Positions 1 to 9,686 of a stretch of 64,000 nt of DNA are shown one piece after another; the stretch's first letter is position 1, and each line of letters opens with the position of its first letter. Position numbers and translations under genes: made by a program. Source of the stretch: Chryseotalea sanaruensis (GTDB taxonomy: Bacteria > Bacteroidota > Bacteroidia > Cytophagales > Cyclobacteriaceae). The stretch is taken from the NCBI RefSeq assembly GCF_003990915.1, contig NZ_BHXQ01000001.1, positions 177,402 to 241,401 on the forward strand, in the 5' to 3' direction. The notes beneath the pieces were generated by a model. The model was not told where the DNA came from, made no database searches, and was given only the letters and a program-made list of their open reading frames with translations.

Positions 1-753
1 AGAGAAATTAAAGAATTTCCTGTAGAGAAGTATGATTTGGTAATCAATGATTTCGAGCCTATTTCTGCCTGGGCTTGCAGGCGAAAAAATATTCCTTGTG
101 TCGCCTTAAGTCACCAGTCGGCCTTACTCTCTCCAAAAGTACCCTCGCCCAAACATTACGATCCAGTTGGTGACTGGATACTGAAAAACTATGCACCGGC
201 ACAAGCGCATGTCGGGTTTCATTTTGCACAGTTTGATAGTAATATTTACACACCCGTTATCCGGTCAGGTATAAGAAAAGCTATTAACACAATGCACGAC
301 CATTATACAGTGTATCTTCCTGCCTATGATGATCGTAAGTTGGTGCCACTCTTGGCAAAATTACCCTATGTGCGATGGCATATTTTTTCAAAGCATACAA
401 AAAAGGCCTATCACATAGGGAAGCTTTCTGTTTACCCGGTTAATAAAGAAGAGTTTGAGGCGAGTATGACTTCGGCCAAAGGCGTATTGTGCGGAGCAGG
501 GTTTGAAACACCCGCAGAAACATTATACCTGCACAAAAAACTAATGGTGGTACCGATGAAGAATCAATACGAGCAATACTATAATGCAGCAGCGCTTAAA
601 GAATTGAATGTACCCGTTTTAAAGAACCTCAAGAAAAAAAGACTGGAGACCATTGCTGAATGGATTGAATCCGATATTATAGTAAATATTGATTATCCCG
701 ATATTACCGAACAGGCCGTAAATGATGCCGTTAGTATTGGCAAGTCCCTATAA
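1..753 (+). CDS. Glycosyltransferase (GT-B fold, MurG/UGT-like C-terminal half), 5'-truncated at window edge
   Basis: The frame stays open from nt 1 (no stop before the ATG at 37). The C-terminal 'GVLCGAGFETPAETLYL...LMVVP' nucleotide-sugar binding region is typical of GT28/GT1 transferases. Confidence 0.5.
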   Translation, partial: REIKEFPVEKYDLVINDFEPISAWACRRKNIPCVALSHQSALLSPKVPSPKHYDPVGDWILKNYAPAQAHVGFHFAQFDSNIYTPVIRSGIRKAINTMHDHYTVYLPAYDDRKLVPLLAKLPYVRWHIFSKHTKKAYHIGKLSVYPVNKEEFEASMTSAKGVLCGAGFETPAETLYLHKKLMVVPMKNQYEQYYNAAALKELNVPVLKNLKKKRLETIAEWIESDIIVNIDYPDITEQAVNDAVSIGKSL

Positions 754-860
754 GCAACATTATCGCACGTTTACGCACTTCATCATATCTTAATACCAGT
801 ATAAAGCATACATAATCAAGCGGTAAAGTTGATGCAGTATCTTTCTTAAAACTCTTTCTA

Positions 861-1550
861 ATGGGTGATAAGCAAGCGTACAGGATATTAGTTGTGGATG
901 ATGATCAGGATATACTTGACTTGCTGGAGTACAATCTCGAGAAGGAAGGCTTTAAGGTAAAGACAGTATCCGACAGCGCTAAAGCAATTCGAGTAGCCAA
1001 GTCTTTTCAACCAGATTTAATTATTCTCGACATCATGATGCCTCATCCCAATGGCATTGAAATCTGCCGGTATTTACGAAACAGTAAAGGTTTTGAGGAT
1101 ACCTATATATTCTTTTTGACTGCCCGCTCGGAAAGTTATTTTGTGCAGGCAGCCTTGGATACAGGTGGTGATGACTTTATAGAAAAAATTGTTGGTTTAA
1201 GAGCCTTGACCTATAAAGTCAGCACGGTGTTGAAACAGCATTTTGTAATTCGCAAAAGTATTGTGAAGCTTACTGTTGGCTCACTTACCTTAAACCGCAA
1301 AAAGTTATCAGTTAAAATAGGCAAGCGTGAAATGATGTTGAGCAAACCGGAGTTTGAATTACTTTTCTTTTTTGCACAGAATCCGGGTAAACAAATTAGC
1401 ATAGATAGTTTGCTGCAAACAATTTGGGGATCAGAAATTTATTTGGTTGAACAATCTATTGAGGCCTACATTAAAAACCTGAGAAAAAAGATCGGTCACC
1501 ATATTCTTGAACAAACCATCGATAAGCATTTTTACCTTTCACTAACCTAA
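861..1550 (+). CDS. OmpR/PhoB-family response regulator (CheY-like receiver + winged-helix DNA-binding domain)
   Basis: Receiver signature 'ILVVDDDQDILDLL...LIILDIMMP'. The C-terminal trans_reg_C-like region reads 'LTLNRKKLSVKIGKREMMLSKPEFELLFFFAQNPGKQIS'. Confidence 0.8.
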   Translation: MGDKQAYRILVVDDDQDILDLLEYNLEKEGFKVKTVSDSAKAIRVAKSFQPDLIILDIMMPHPNGIEICRYLRNSKGFEDTYIFFLTARSESYFVQAALDTGGDDFIEKIVGLRALTYKVSTVLKQHFVIRKSIVKLTVGSLTLNRKKLSVKIGKREMMLSKPEFELLFFFAQNPGKQISIDSLLQTIWGSEIYLVEQSIEAYIKNLRKKIGHHILEQTIDKHFYLSLT

Positions 1551-1595
1551 GGGATTGATTGGGAAGAATATTCTGGAAAACCATGGGTACTTAAA

Positions 1596-1630
1596 AACAA
1601 AAACCGCTTCAATTACGAAGCGGTTTTTGT
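1596..1630. terminator. Bidirectional rho-independent terminator between the convergent response-regulator and M1 peptidase genes
   Basis: The stem 'ccgcttc-aattac-gaagcgg' is flanked by an A-run upstream and a T-run downstream. Confidence 0.7.
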
Positions 1631-1689
1631 TTGAAATTGACCGCTAACATCGAGTCTCTGACCTCGATCATCTATTTTCTAACCACGAT

Positions 1690-3552
1690 CTATCTCGTAG
1701 GGTCTTCAAAAGACTTCAGCTTACTCACCTCAACTTTATTATTCTTTTTATCCACATCTGCCATTCTCATTGATGGATCAATCTCAATAGTATCAATCTC
1801 GCTTGCCTTTTTGCTAAGCTTGGCAGTATAAGTAGGGTAGACCCAAGGCCATGCTTCCAAATCCGTTCTGGCAATACCAGTGTTCTCATTTATCTTTTTA
1901 CCCAATAATTCGTTCAATGGAATGTATAGCATTTCTTTGCTGCCATCTTTATAAGTAACCACTAAATCAATCGGCATAGGGAAATCACCCAATCTCTCTA
2001 AAGTGACCAAAGTGCTACCTTCTTTTTCAATTACACTTTTAATTCCATAGTCAATGCGTTTGGTTGTATTAACCCAGTAGTTCATGTACCAGCTTAAATG
2101 CAGACCACTTGTTTTTTCCATCACACGAATGAAATCATTTGGTTCAGGATGTTTAAACTTCCAGGTGTTGTAATATCTGCGCATAGCTTTATAGAAAACT
2201 TCTTCTCCCATTACATATTTTAATTGGTGAAGAAATACAGTGCCCATTGAATAAGCAGCTGTACCGTAGGCTCTATTGGTATTATAATGATCCGAATGTT
2301 GACTGATGGGTTCCTGTAAACCGCTGTTAACTAAAGCAAAATAACCCCTGTAACTACCATCATGCGCTTTGTTTTTATCTTGGTTAAACATAGCAGTCAT
2401 TGATTCATTGGAAGAGAAGTCTGTGAAGCCTTCATCCATCCATGGGTATAATGCTTCATTAGAAGCCAACACACCCTGGTACCAACTGTGTGAAACTTCG
2501 TGCGCCATAACACCCACAAGACTACCAATACTTCTCTCACCAGTTATAAGTGTACACATAGGGTATTCCATACCACCATCGCCACCTTGAATAATGGAAT
2601 ACGTTTCGTAAGGGTACTTGCCAAACGTTTTATTCATGAACTCAAAGTGTTTAACACTATAGTTCTTTAGTTCCCTCCAATTGTTCGTTGTTTTTTCACC
2701 AGGCTGATAAAAGAAATGAAGCATTGGTCCGTTGGGTACTTGTGCAGTTTCGTGTACGTATTCAGGATCAGCAGCGAAGGCAAAGTCAATCACGTTTTTG
2801 GCAACAAAGTGCCAGGTTAAATCACCGGAAGGGCGACTTACTTTACTGCCAGCACTTTCATAACCATGTCCGATCTTATCAGCATTTTGTAATACACCAG
2901 TTCCACCAATTACAAATTTGGGGTCTATTGTAATCTTAACATCAAAATCTCCCCACACACCTTGAAATTCTCTGGCTACATATTGATAAGCGTGCCATCC
3001 TTTAAAATCATATTCAGCTAGTTTTGGGTACCACTGCGTCATAGAGTAAGCAATATCCTCTTTGCTGTTGCGCCCCGATCTTCTTATTTGAACCGGCACT
3101 TGTGCTTCAAACTTCATATCGAAAGTTGTTTTGCTGTTCGGCAACAAGGGTTTAGCGAGGGTTACTTCCATTACAGTACCTTCTATATTCCAGGTAATGT
3201 CCTTACCATCTTGCTTAAGCGATTCAATATGCTGATATCCAATCTCGCTTTCGCTTAGTTTGGATATTCTATCACCCACACGTGCATCCGGATCTGTAAT
3301 ATTTCTTGAGCGTACATCCATCATGCTACCCGGCTGAAAAGCATTGAAAAATAAATGATAATATACTTTTGTAAGGGTGTCTTTAGAATTATTGTTATAC
3401 ACTAGTTTTTGAGTGCCCTTCACTTTATGCGTAGATACATCGAGTTTTACATCCATGCTGTATTCAGCGCGTTGTTGCCATCGGTAGTCTTGGCCTTGTG
3501 CGGTAAATAGCACACCTAATAAGCAAAAGGTAATAATTGACTTGTAATACAT
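1690..3552 (-). CDS. Secreted M1-family zinc aminopeptidase (aminopeptidase N-like)
   Basis: N-terminal signal peptide. Exopeptidase motif 'GGMEYPM'. Zinc site 'HEVSHSWYQG...(18 aa)...E'. Confidence 0.85.
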   Translation of the reverse strand: MYYKSIITFCLLGVLFTAQGQDYRWQQRAEYSMDVKLDVSTHKVKGTQKLVYNNNSKDTLTKVYYHLFFNAFQPGSMMDVRSRNITDPDARVGDRISKLSESEIGYQHIESLKQDGKDITWNIEGTVMEVTLAKPLLPNSKTTFDMKFEAQVPVQIRRSGRNSKEDIAYSMTQWYPKLAEYDFKGWHAYQYVAREFQGVWGDFDVKITIDPKFVIGGTGVLQNADKIGHGYESAGSKVSRPSGDLTWHFVAKNVIDFAFAADPEYVHETAQVPNGPMLHFFYQPGEKTTNNWRELKNYSVKHFEFMNKTFGKYPYETYSIIQGGDGGMEYPMCTLITGERSIGSLVGVMAHEVSHSWYQGVLASNEALYPWMDEGFTDFSSNESMTAMFNQDKNKAHDGSYRGYFALVNSGLQEPISQHSDHYNTNRAYGTAAYSMGTVFLHQLKYVMGEEVFYKAMRRYYNTWKFKHPEPNDFIRVMEKTSGLHLSWYMNYWVNTTKRIDYGIKSVIEKEGSTLVTLERLGDFPMPIDLVVTYKDGSKEMLYIPLNELLGKKINENTGIARTDLEAWPWVYPTYTAKLSKKASEIDTIEIDPSMRMADVDKKNNKVEVSKLKSFEDPTR

Positions 3553-3595
3553 GCTAATAACAGTTTATTAGCTGTAAGTATATTGAAAGAAAGGC

Positions 3596-4552
3596 TTATT
3601 GCCAAGGGCTTTTACGCGACTTAAACGCTGGCAACCAGCTAAAGGAGGCTGTAATGAAGCTGCTTTCTGAAAAAGTGAGTGTTTCGCTGGGTAAAGCTTT
3701 GGGTATGCTATAAACATACGTAAGCAGCAGATTGGTTTTTCCTATGGAGATGCTTACAGGAAGGGTAAAGGAGTAATTCATTAATCCGGACTCCCTGGTC
3801 TCTGTTACAATAGTGGGAAACACTTTACCATAAGTTCTAAAGTTGTATAAAGCCTCTTGTCTTGTTTGCGGAATTAATACTTCTGTGCTATAAAATATTT
3901 CATCCCCTAAAAGAAGATAGAAAGCAGGTAATATAGCAATGCGTTTGATCAGTGCTTTTTTCTTGATTTCGAATGTAGCGCCAATTGAGGGCATAATGCG
4001 TTGAACACTTTTATCACCAAAATAAAGTGAATACGTCAAACCGGTATTCAACCAACGATAATCAAAACTAGTGTTGAGTGAAGCCGCGTTTTTATAAGGT
4101 ATGTATGCGTCTTCAGTGTTTGTATTGTAAAAATAGCGATCGTAAGTAGCCATCATACTAAACTTTTTGGAGATGATTGGTGAATAACCGACCGAAGCAA
4201 TAGTGAGGTAGTAGGAGGGATCAAAGTCATTACTCCAGAAACCGGATACGTCTGCAAAAAGTCCGGATTTGTGATAGTAAGAAATGCCGGGTGTCAGTCC
4301 AAAATTCTGAATACCAAGTGTTCTTCCGGCTGCAATTACATTACTGTTATAACCTAATCTGAAAGCTAATTGTGAGTGAGGATTGGCATTCAAACTTAAT
4401 AGGCTATCGATGAGCGAAAATACAGAAAGTGAATCACCGTTGATCAGAAAGTCAAGATCATCGCCAAGTAATAAAGAATCAACATCCTGTGCATTTACAG
4501 CAGAAGACGTTGATAATATGATGGTTAAAAGTAGAAGCCGAAGGCTTTTCAT
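3596..4552 (-). CDS. Putative outer-membrane beta-barrel protein (hypothetical), last gene of the ECF sigma operon
   Basis: Signal peptide 'LLLLTIILSTSSAVNAQ'. Alternating hydrophobic/polar, Tyr/Gly-rich beta-strand pattern. Lies 18 bp downstream of the preceding gene. Confidence 0.45.
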   Translation of the reverse strand: MKSLRLLLLTIILSTSSAVNAQDVDSLLLGDDLDFLINGDSLSVFSLIDSLLSLNANPHSQLAFRLGYNSNVIAAGRTLGIQNFGLTPGISYYHKSGLFADVSGFWSNDFDPSYYLTIASVGYSPIISKKFSMMATYDRYFYNTNTEDAYIPYKNAASLNTSFDYRWLNTGLTYSLYFGDKSVQRIMPSIGATFEIKKKALIKRIAILPAFYLLLGDEIFYSTEVLIPQTRQEALYNFRTYGKVFPTIVTETRESGLMNYSFTLPVSISIGKTNLLLTYVYSIPKALPSETLTFSESSFITASFSWLPAFKSRKSPWQ

Positions 4553-4570
4553 GCCATTGACAAAACGGTT

Positions 4571-5068
4571 TTAGTTATTGCGTTGTTGTTGCCTTTGCTG
4601 CATACGGTCACGTTGCAATTCTCTTCGCTGCTGCTGCATTTGTCGTTGTTGCACCTGGTGTAAAATAAGTTTACGAAAATCTTCCTCCGCCCTGCGCAGT
4701 CCCATAAGTTTTTCCGGAGAAATGGTTTGTCTTATCTTTCCTGAATATTCTTTTTCAAGATCAAGGTTTTGCTGTTTCAATTTGTATTCAAGATCAAGCA
4801 ACTCATCGGCTGGTTTGCCTTCTTTTCTTGCCTGATTGAATTGGTGCTTGAGTGTGCGCTGCTTTTCAGTAAACTCCCTGTAAAGCGGCCAGAATTTCTC
4901 TGCTTCGGCTGGTGTTAGCGCCAACCTTTCTGTTATATAGGCAACACGGGCTGCATTAATTTTCTCCCTCGCGGCAGGATCTGGTGGTAATGCTTCCTCA
5001 TCTTGCGCAAAGCTGCTGTAGCCTGCCAGAGAAAATAAAACAAAACTAAGAGCTAATATCTTTTTCAT
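4571..5068 (-). CDS. Periplasmic Spy/CpxP-like (LTXXQ-type) coiled-coil protein with Gln/Arg-rich tail
   Basis: Signal peptide. 'LALTPAEAEKFWPLYREF' helix motifs. C-terminal 'QQRQMQQQRRELQRDRMQQRQQQRNN'. Only 3 bp gap to the upstream gene. Confidence 0.5.
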   Translation of the reverse strand: MKKILALSFVLFSLAGYSSFAQDEEALPPDPAAREKINAARVAYITERLALTPAEAEKFWPLYREFTEKQRTLKHQFNQARKEGKPADELLDLEYKLKQQNLDLEKEYSGKIRQTISPEKLMGLRRAEEDFRKLILHQVQQRQMQQQRRELQRDRMQQRQQQRNN

Positions 5069-5071
5069 GCG

Positions 5072-5497
5072 TTACAAATTATTTATTTCAATTTCATCTA
5101 AAAGATCTTCCATCTCATCACCCGGAAATGATAAACCGTAAACTACATTTTCCAAACTGTCAGCTTCTGCAAGACTAGGGTTCATCTCATTTAAAAAATC
5201 TTCATAAGAGGTAGTTTCTGCATCGGCCAAAAATTCAATAAGAGCAGAAGTTTCTATGGTAGCGAATAAGTCATCCGTATTATTGGTATCGGCAGCGGGT
5301 TGCGAGAACCAGACCACACCTAAAACACAAAGAACTAGTACGGGTAAGGTATATTGTAGTGTATAACGGAAAACAGATCTTTCCATTAAAGCTGGTTTCT
5401 GCTCAATTCGGGCACTAATTCTACCCGGAAGTGTCTCAAAATAGCCCTCAGGAGCGCTAAAGTGATCTTTTTTGGGTATGTCTTCGAGTTTCTTCAT
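5072..5497 (-). CDS. Single-pass membrane protein, putative minimal anti-sigma factor
   Basis: Cytoplasmic N-terminus (~45 aa), one TM helix 'LPVLVLCVLGVVWF', acidic periplasmic C-terminus. Sits immediately downstream of the ECF sigma gene. Confidence 0.4.
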   Translation of the reverse strand: MKKLEDIPKKDHFSAPEGYFETLPGRISARIEQKPALMERSVFRYTLQYTLPVLVLCVLGVVWFSQPAADTNNTDDLFATIETSALIEFLADAETTSYEDFLNEMNPSLAEADSLENVVYGLSFPGDEMEDLLDEIEINNL

Positions 5498-5535
5498 CTT
5501 CAGGTGTTAGATAGGTTTGAGGAGTCAGGGTTTAA

Positions 5536-6072
5536 TTAGATGATGATTAATTCTTCAATTTTTTTCACTGCATAGTGATAACTCGCTTTTAAAGCCCCTA
5601 CACTTGTCTTTGTTATATCTGCAATTTGTTCATAAGTAAGGTCTTCGAAATATTTCATGTTAAAAACTAGCCGCTGTTTATCAGGCAATTGTAAGAGTGC
5701 TTTCTGTAGTTTAAGCTGAATTTCGTCACCGGAAAGTCCTGGGTTGGCATCCAGTTTGGCGCTCAGCTCGCCAGCCAGATCACCGATAGGTAGAAAGAAG
5801 CGTCTTTTTTTCTTTTGTAAAAAAGTCAGGCATTCGTTGGTTGCAATTCTGTAGATCCAGGTAAATAGTTGAGCATCTTCGCGAAAGCCATCAATATGCT
5901 TATGTATTTTAATGAAGATCTCTTGGGTAATGTCATCGGCATCATCATGGTCGATTACCATTTTACGCACGTGCGTATACACCCGCTGCTGGTAGGTGCG
6001 TACCAGCATATTAAAGCCATAGTTCCGGGTTTCGGGTTGCCGAATCTTAATGAGTAGTTCGCGGTCTTCCAA
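5536..6072 (-). CDS. RNA polymerase ECF-type sigma-70 factor
   Basis: Region 2 'DDITQEIFIKIHKHIDGF...WIYRIATNECLTFLQKK'. Region 4 'LPDKQRLVFNMKYFEDLTYEQIADITKTSVGALKASYHYAVKKI'. Confidence 0.9.
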   Translation of the reverse strand: MEDRELLIKIRQPETRNYGFNMLVRTYQQRVYTHVRKMVIDHDDADDITQEIFIKIHKHIDGFREDAQLFTWIYRIATNECLTFLQKKKRRFFLPIGDLAGELSAKLDANPGLSGDEIQLKLQKALLQLPDKQRLVFNMKYFEDLTYEQIADITKTSVGALKASYHYAVKKIEELIII

Positions 6073-6276
6073 GACTTGTTTTGTTCTTTGGAATTTAGAT
6101 AGATTTTTATTGTAAAGGTTTAAATCAGGTTGAAAAATATTTTTTTAAGTTTATAAGATAGTGCTTTTATAGGGGTTGAACTGTTTGGAACATATGTACA
6201 GAGTATATAGAACCTTCTCCTGGCCAAAGCCGCTAATTCTTTTCCACTATTTCTTTTGTATTGAATAGCAGGTAAA

Positions 6277-7056
6277 ATGAAACATAAAGTAATAGCTATA
6301 ATTCATTACCAAATAATGAAAAAAAACTTAATTAGATTGATACTTCCTGTTACACTCCTGATAGGAGCTTGTACTAATGAACCGACTTATTCTAAAAAAA
6401 TAACAGCATGTCTTAATGAAGGCAGAGATAGATTTTTAAGCACTGGTAAGATTGCATTTTTTGAGAATCCTGTAAGCGATTGTCTGGATGAAAAATTGAA
6501 AAACGAATTTATTGGTGGTTTTACCTTTAAAGATAAAAATGGGAGCACCATTAATACTGATTCTATAACTAAGCCAATATACCTTCAAACATTTTCTAGA
6601 AAAATAGAACAATGTAAAAAAGAGTTGAAACACTTAAATGATTTAGTGGATCAATACAAAGATGACGTAGAGTTTATTCTAATTGTAAAGAACGATGACT
6701 TCAAAGATGTTAGTAAGCTGCTGCTTGATAAGGATCCCGAAACTTATGGCCCTTTAGAGATTAATCAAAACATAAGTGTGGTTTACTTTTCCGAAAAAGA
6801 TATTGTTCCGCTAAAAGCGGGGTATGGAGAATTAATATTTGGTGTACGAAACACAGAATACCCAACAACTTACTACATCTCAAAAAACAAATCACTATTC
6901 AAATTGACGACTATTGAAGATATATTGATATCAACTAATATTATCTATACTGAGGATGAAAGTTTAAGCGATGAAATGTTAAGCGAAATGAGCTTCAAGC
7001 AGAGAGTTCCTGAAATTATGAAAGCATTTATTGAAGCAAACAAAAGTCTTAACTAA
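6277..7056 (+). CDS. Hypothetical lipoprotein in a strongly AT-rich gene (probable real start at the Met near 6319)
   Basis: Lipobox-like 'LLIGACTNE'. The gene and its flanks are visibly more AT-rich than the neighbours. No recognisable domain. Confidence 0.45.
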   Translation: MKHKVIAIIHYQIMKKNLIRLILPVTLLIGACTNEPTYSKKITACLNEGRDRFLSTGKIAFFENPVSDCLDEKLKNEFIGGFTFKDKNGSTINTDSITKPIYLQTFSRKIEQCKKELKHLNDLVDQYKDDVEFILIVKNDDFKDVSKLLLDKDPETYGPLEINQNISVVYFSEKDIVPLKAGYGELIFGVRNTEYPTTYYISKNKSLFKLTTIEDILISTNIIYTEDESLSDEMLSEMSFKQRVPEIMKAFIEANKSLN

Positions 7057-7346
7057 ATGAAGAACTAGAGATTACACAGAAGAAGTACACCGCTGAGCCA
7101 GATCGATCCAGTGGCACACCATTAACACAAAACAACCTTTAATATGTTAAGCGGGTAATTTGTAAATTATGGATAGTCTTTTTAAGATTTTATTTGAACT
7201 TTTTAAAACGTTTTTTAGGGTCTACTCCTGATACTTTTATACAGAATTTCAGAGACAGTTTTTGCCCTCATAGTTCTGCAATTGCATCAAGAAGTCAATG
7301 CTGTTAACTTTTCAGGGCCTGTCAGATAAGCTGAATTCTGATAGTA

Positions 7347-9209
7347 ATGATGTCAGTGATGTGCCCTTCTTCAACATGTAGCAGTCAACATTGCAACCTT
7401 TCCTTACTGATTGGTACGCTAATTTTTTCTTTTCTCAGTGCTTCTGCACAGCGGGGACCGGGTGGAGTCGGTAATAATGATGGAAGTTCAAATCTTATTT
7501 ATTGGATAGATGCTAATCGGCAAACCGATGTGGTAGGAGTAAACCTTACACAGATTTCTGATCTGTCAGGAAATAATGTGCAACACGCTATACTGGGCAA
7601 TCCAACAGTGGCTGAAAATTTTGTTAACCAGAGAACAGCCATAAGTTTTAATGGTATAGATCAACAAATACTAACGGACATCTTTATTAATGCCGCATCG
7701 TATCCTAACTTAACGGTATGTGCTGTGTATAGACCAAATATTGTATATGCTGGTAGTGTTTGGGGCGACTACCAATCAGGCTGGGAGGGTCGTTATATTA
7801 CTGACAATGCTTTTAACCCGCCAAGAACTTCAAATTTTGTAGGGCCAGGGTTTGATCCTGTTGATGCAACACATCCTTCAACAGTAGTACCAGGTTTATT
7901 TTCAGTTGAGAATTGGGTAATAAGCTCAGTTGTATTTAGAGAAGATGTAATTAATGGTACGGAGGTGCGGGTAAACGGGCAACTTGAAAGAACCTTTACA
8001 TCAAATCACAATCCGGGAGCATTTAATCTCTTTACTATTGGTGCAGGTGGTTCGCCTAATGCTGTATTTCCATTCTGGTTTAATGGATATATAGCTGAGA
8101 TTATTGTATTCAATGAAGCACTTGATGAGTTAGACTTGCCCATCATTGAAAACTACCTTTCAGCTAAATATGATATAGCTTTAACAAGTAATGATTTGTA
8201 TGCAGGAGACGTTAGTGGTTTTGACTACGATGTAGCGGGCATCGGCAGGATTGATGCATCTACAGTAAGATTAGTAACACAGGGCACAGGTATTGTAAGT
8301 ATTGAAGCAACAAGTATTGATGTAAACGAATTTTTGTTTTGGGGGCATAATAACGATGGTTTAAGTGCAATGGAAACCAGTGATATTCCTGATGGTGTTG
8401 AAGCCAGATCTAGTCGAGTTTGGTTTACAAGCGAAGTTAATAGTGAAGGCGATGCCGTTGATATTGGAAACCTTAACATAGCTTTTCAGCTTTCAAATCT
8501 TGGTTCAATTACAGTCAGTGACTTAGTACTTTTAATTGACTCAGATCAGGATGGCTTATTTTCAGATGAGACACCTATTACAGGAGCTTACGATCTCAGC
8601 AATAACAATTATCAATTTCAAAACGTAACATCAATAAGTAATGGCAGCCATTTTACTTTCGGTTCCAGCAACATTAGTGAAACACCATTACCAGTATCAC
8701 TATTGAATTTCAAGGTAAGTATAGTTAATGCTGACATATTGGAGTTTGCCTGGACTACTGCTAGCGAGTTAAATAACGATTACTTCGAAATCCTTGAATC
8801 AAAGGACGCGTTTAATTGGCAACCGATCATAGAAACAAGTGCTACAGGTACTTCAAATGAATTGAATACATATGTTGTACAATATGATGACAGACACCAC
8901 AACGGACGAACCTATTATAAGTTAAGGCAAGTGGATTTTGATGATACTTCGACAGATCTTAAAATTGAGAAAGTGGACAGAGATAGATCAGATGAGGTTG
9001 CTTTGTTTCCCAATCCGGCCAGTAGTTTTATTACAATTCAAGGTGACGAATTTGATCATGTAGAAATTTATGATAGTCAGATGCGGTTGATTAAAACTAC
9101 TACACAAGATATTGTGCAGGTTAATGATTTACTGGAGGGGATGTATCTGGTATATATTTATTTTGCTGACAAGATTTTGGTTAGAAAGATTTCAATTCAA
9201 AGTGATTGA
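7347..9209 (+). CDS. T9SS-secreted protein with C-terminal Por sorting domain (type A CTD), LamG/lectin-like body
   Basis: Signal peptide 'LIGTLIFSFLSASAQ'. C-terminal 'VALFPNPASSFITIQGDEFDHVEIYDSQMRLIKTT...GMYLVYIYFADKILVRKISIQ' is a classic T9SS CTD. Confidence 0.7.
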   Translation: MMSVMCPSSTCSSQHCNLSLLIGTLIFSFLSASAQRGPGGVGNNDGSSNLIYWIDANRQTDVVGVNLTQISDLSGNNVQHAILGNPTVAENFVNQRTAISFNGIDQQILTDIFINAASYPNLTVCAVYRPNIVYAGSVWGDYQSGWEGRYITDNAFNPPRTSNFVGPGFDPVDATHPSTVVPGLFSVENWVISSVVFREDVINGTEVRVNGQLERTFTSNHNPGAFNLFTIGAGGSPNAVFPFWFNGYIAEIIVFNEALDELDLPIIENYLSAKYDIALTSNDLYAGDVSGFDYDVAGIGRIDASTVRLVTQGTGIVSIEATSIDVNEFLFWGHNNDGLSAMETSDIPDGVEARSSRVWFTSEVNSEGDAVDIGNLNIAFQLSNLGSITVSDLVLLIDSDQDGLFSDETPITGAYDLSNNNYQFQNVTSISNGSHFTFGSSNISETPLPVSLLNFKVSIVNADILEFAWTTASELNNDYFEILESKDAFNWQPIIETSATGTSNELNTYVVQYDDRHHNGRTYYKLRQVDFDDTSTDLKIEKVDRDRSDEVALFPNPASSFITIQGDEFDHVEIYDSQMRLIKTTTQDIVQVNDLLEGMYLVYIYFADKILVRKISIQSD

Positions 9210-9686
9210 ACATGGACAAAAGTATATTTGAGTATAAACGTTAGTCGTATATCGAAAATGGTGAGTTATACTTTTGGATAACTATCATTAATGAGTGGAA
9301 AAGGAATCTCATTATTAAAGATTTTCGTAATGAGTTTGATTTTTTATTTAATAATATGTTGGTTCGTGAGGACACGAACCAAGGCGGAGGACAAGCATTA
9401 ATAATATTGCAAAAAATTGCCTTGTGCTTTCGCACATCGCTCGTCAATAGTCTGGGGAGATTAGTTGGTAGTGATAGGGTTAAAATAATAACCATTATCC
9501 ACAAGTCTTTTGATCAAGCATATCTTCCTTCAATAGAGATCAATTGAAAACATTTTGAAAAGATGTTGGTTTGTGTAGTTGTGAGCCAGAGGATGACATA
9601 AAACTGAAAAAGACTTGTATACAATTGCCTATCATATTTTGCATGCCATGTAATAACACGCTCCTTCTGTCGACTAAAGTAGTGTT

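Noticed and set aside
1631-1831. 66 aa + strand ORF
   Set aside because: It overlaps the 3' end of the M1 peptidase gene and the terminator. The sequence 'SISIVSISLAFLLSL' is low complexity and looks like an antisense artefact.
9241-9547. Two overlapping small ORFs (87 aa minus, 63 aa plus) in the AT-rich 450 bp gap
   Set aside because: They are AT-rich, low-complexity and mutually overlapping. This is more likely promoter or noncoding DNA. A hairpin 'GTTCGTGaggaCACGAAC' at ~9360 was noted but not interpretable.
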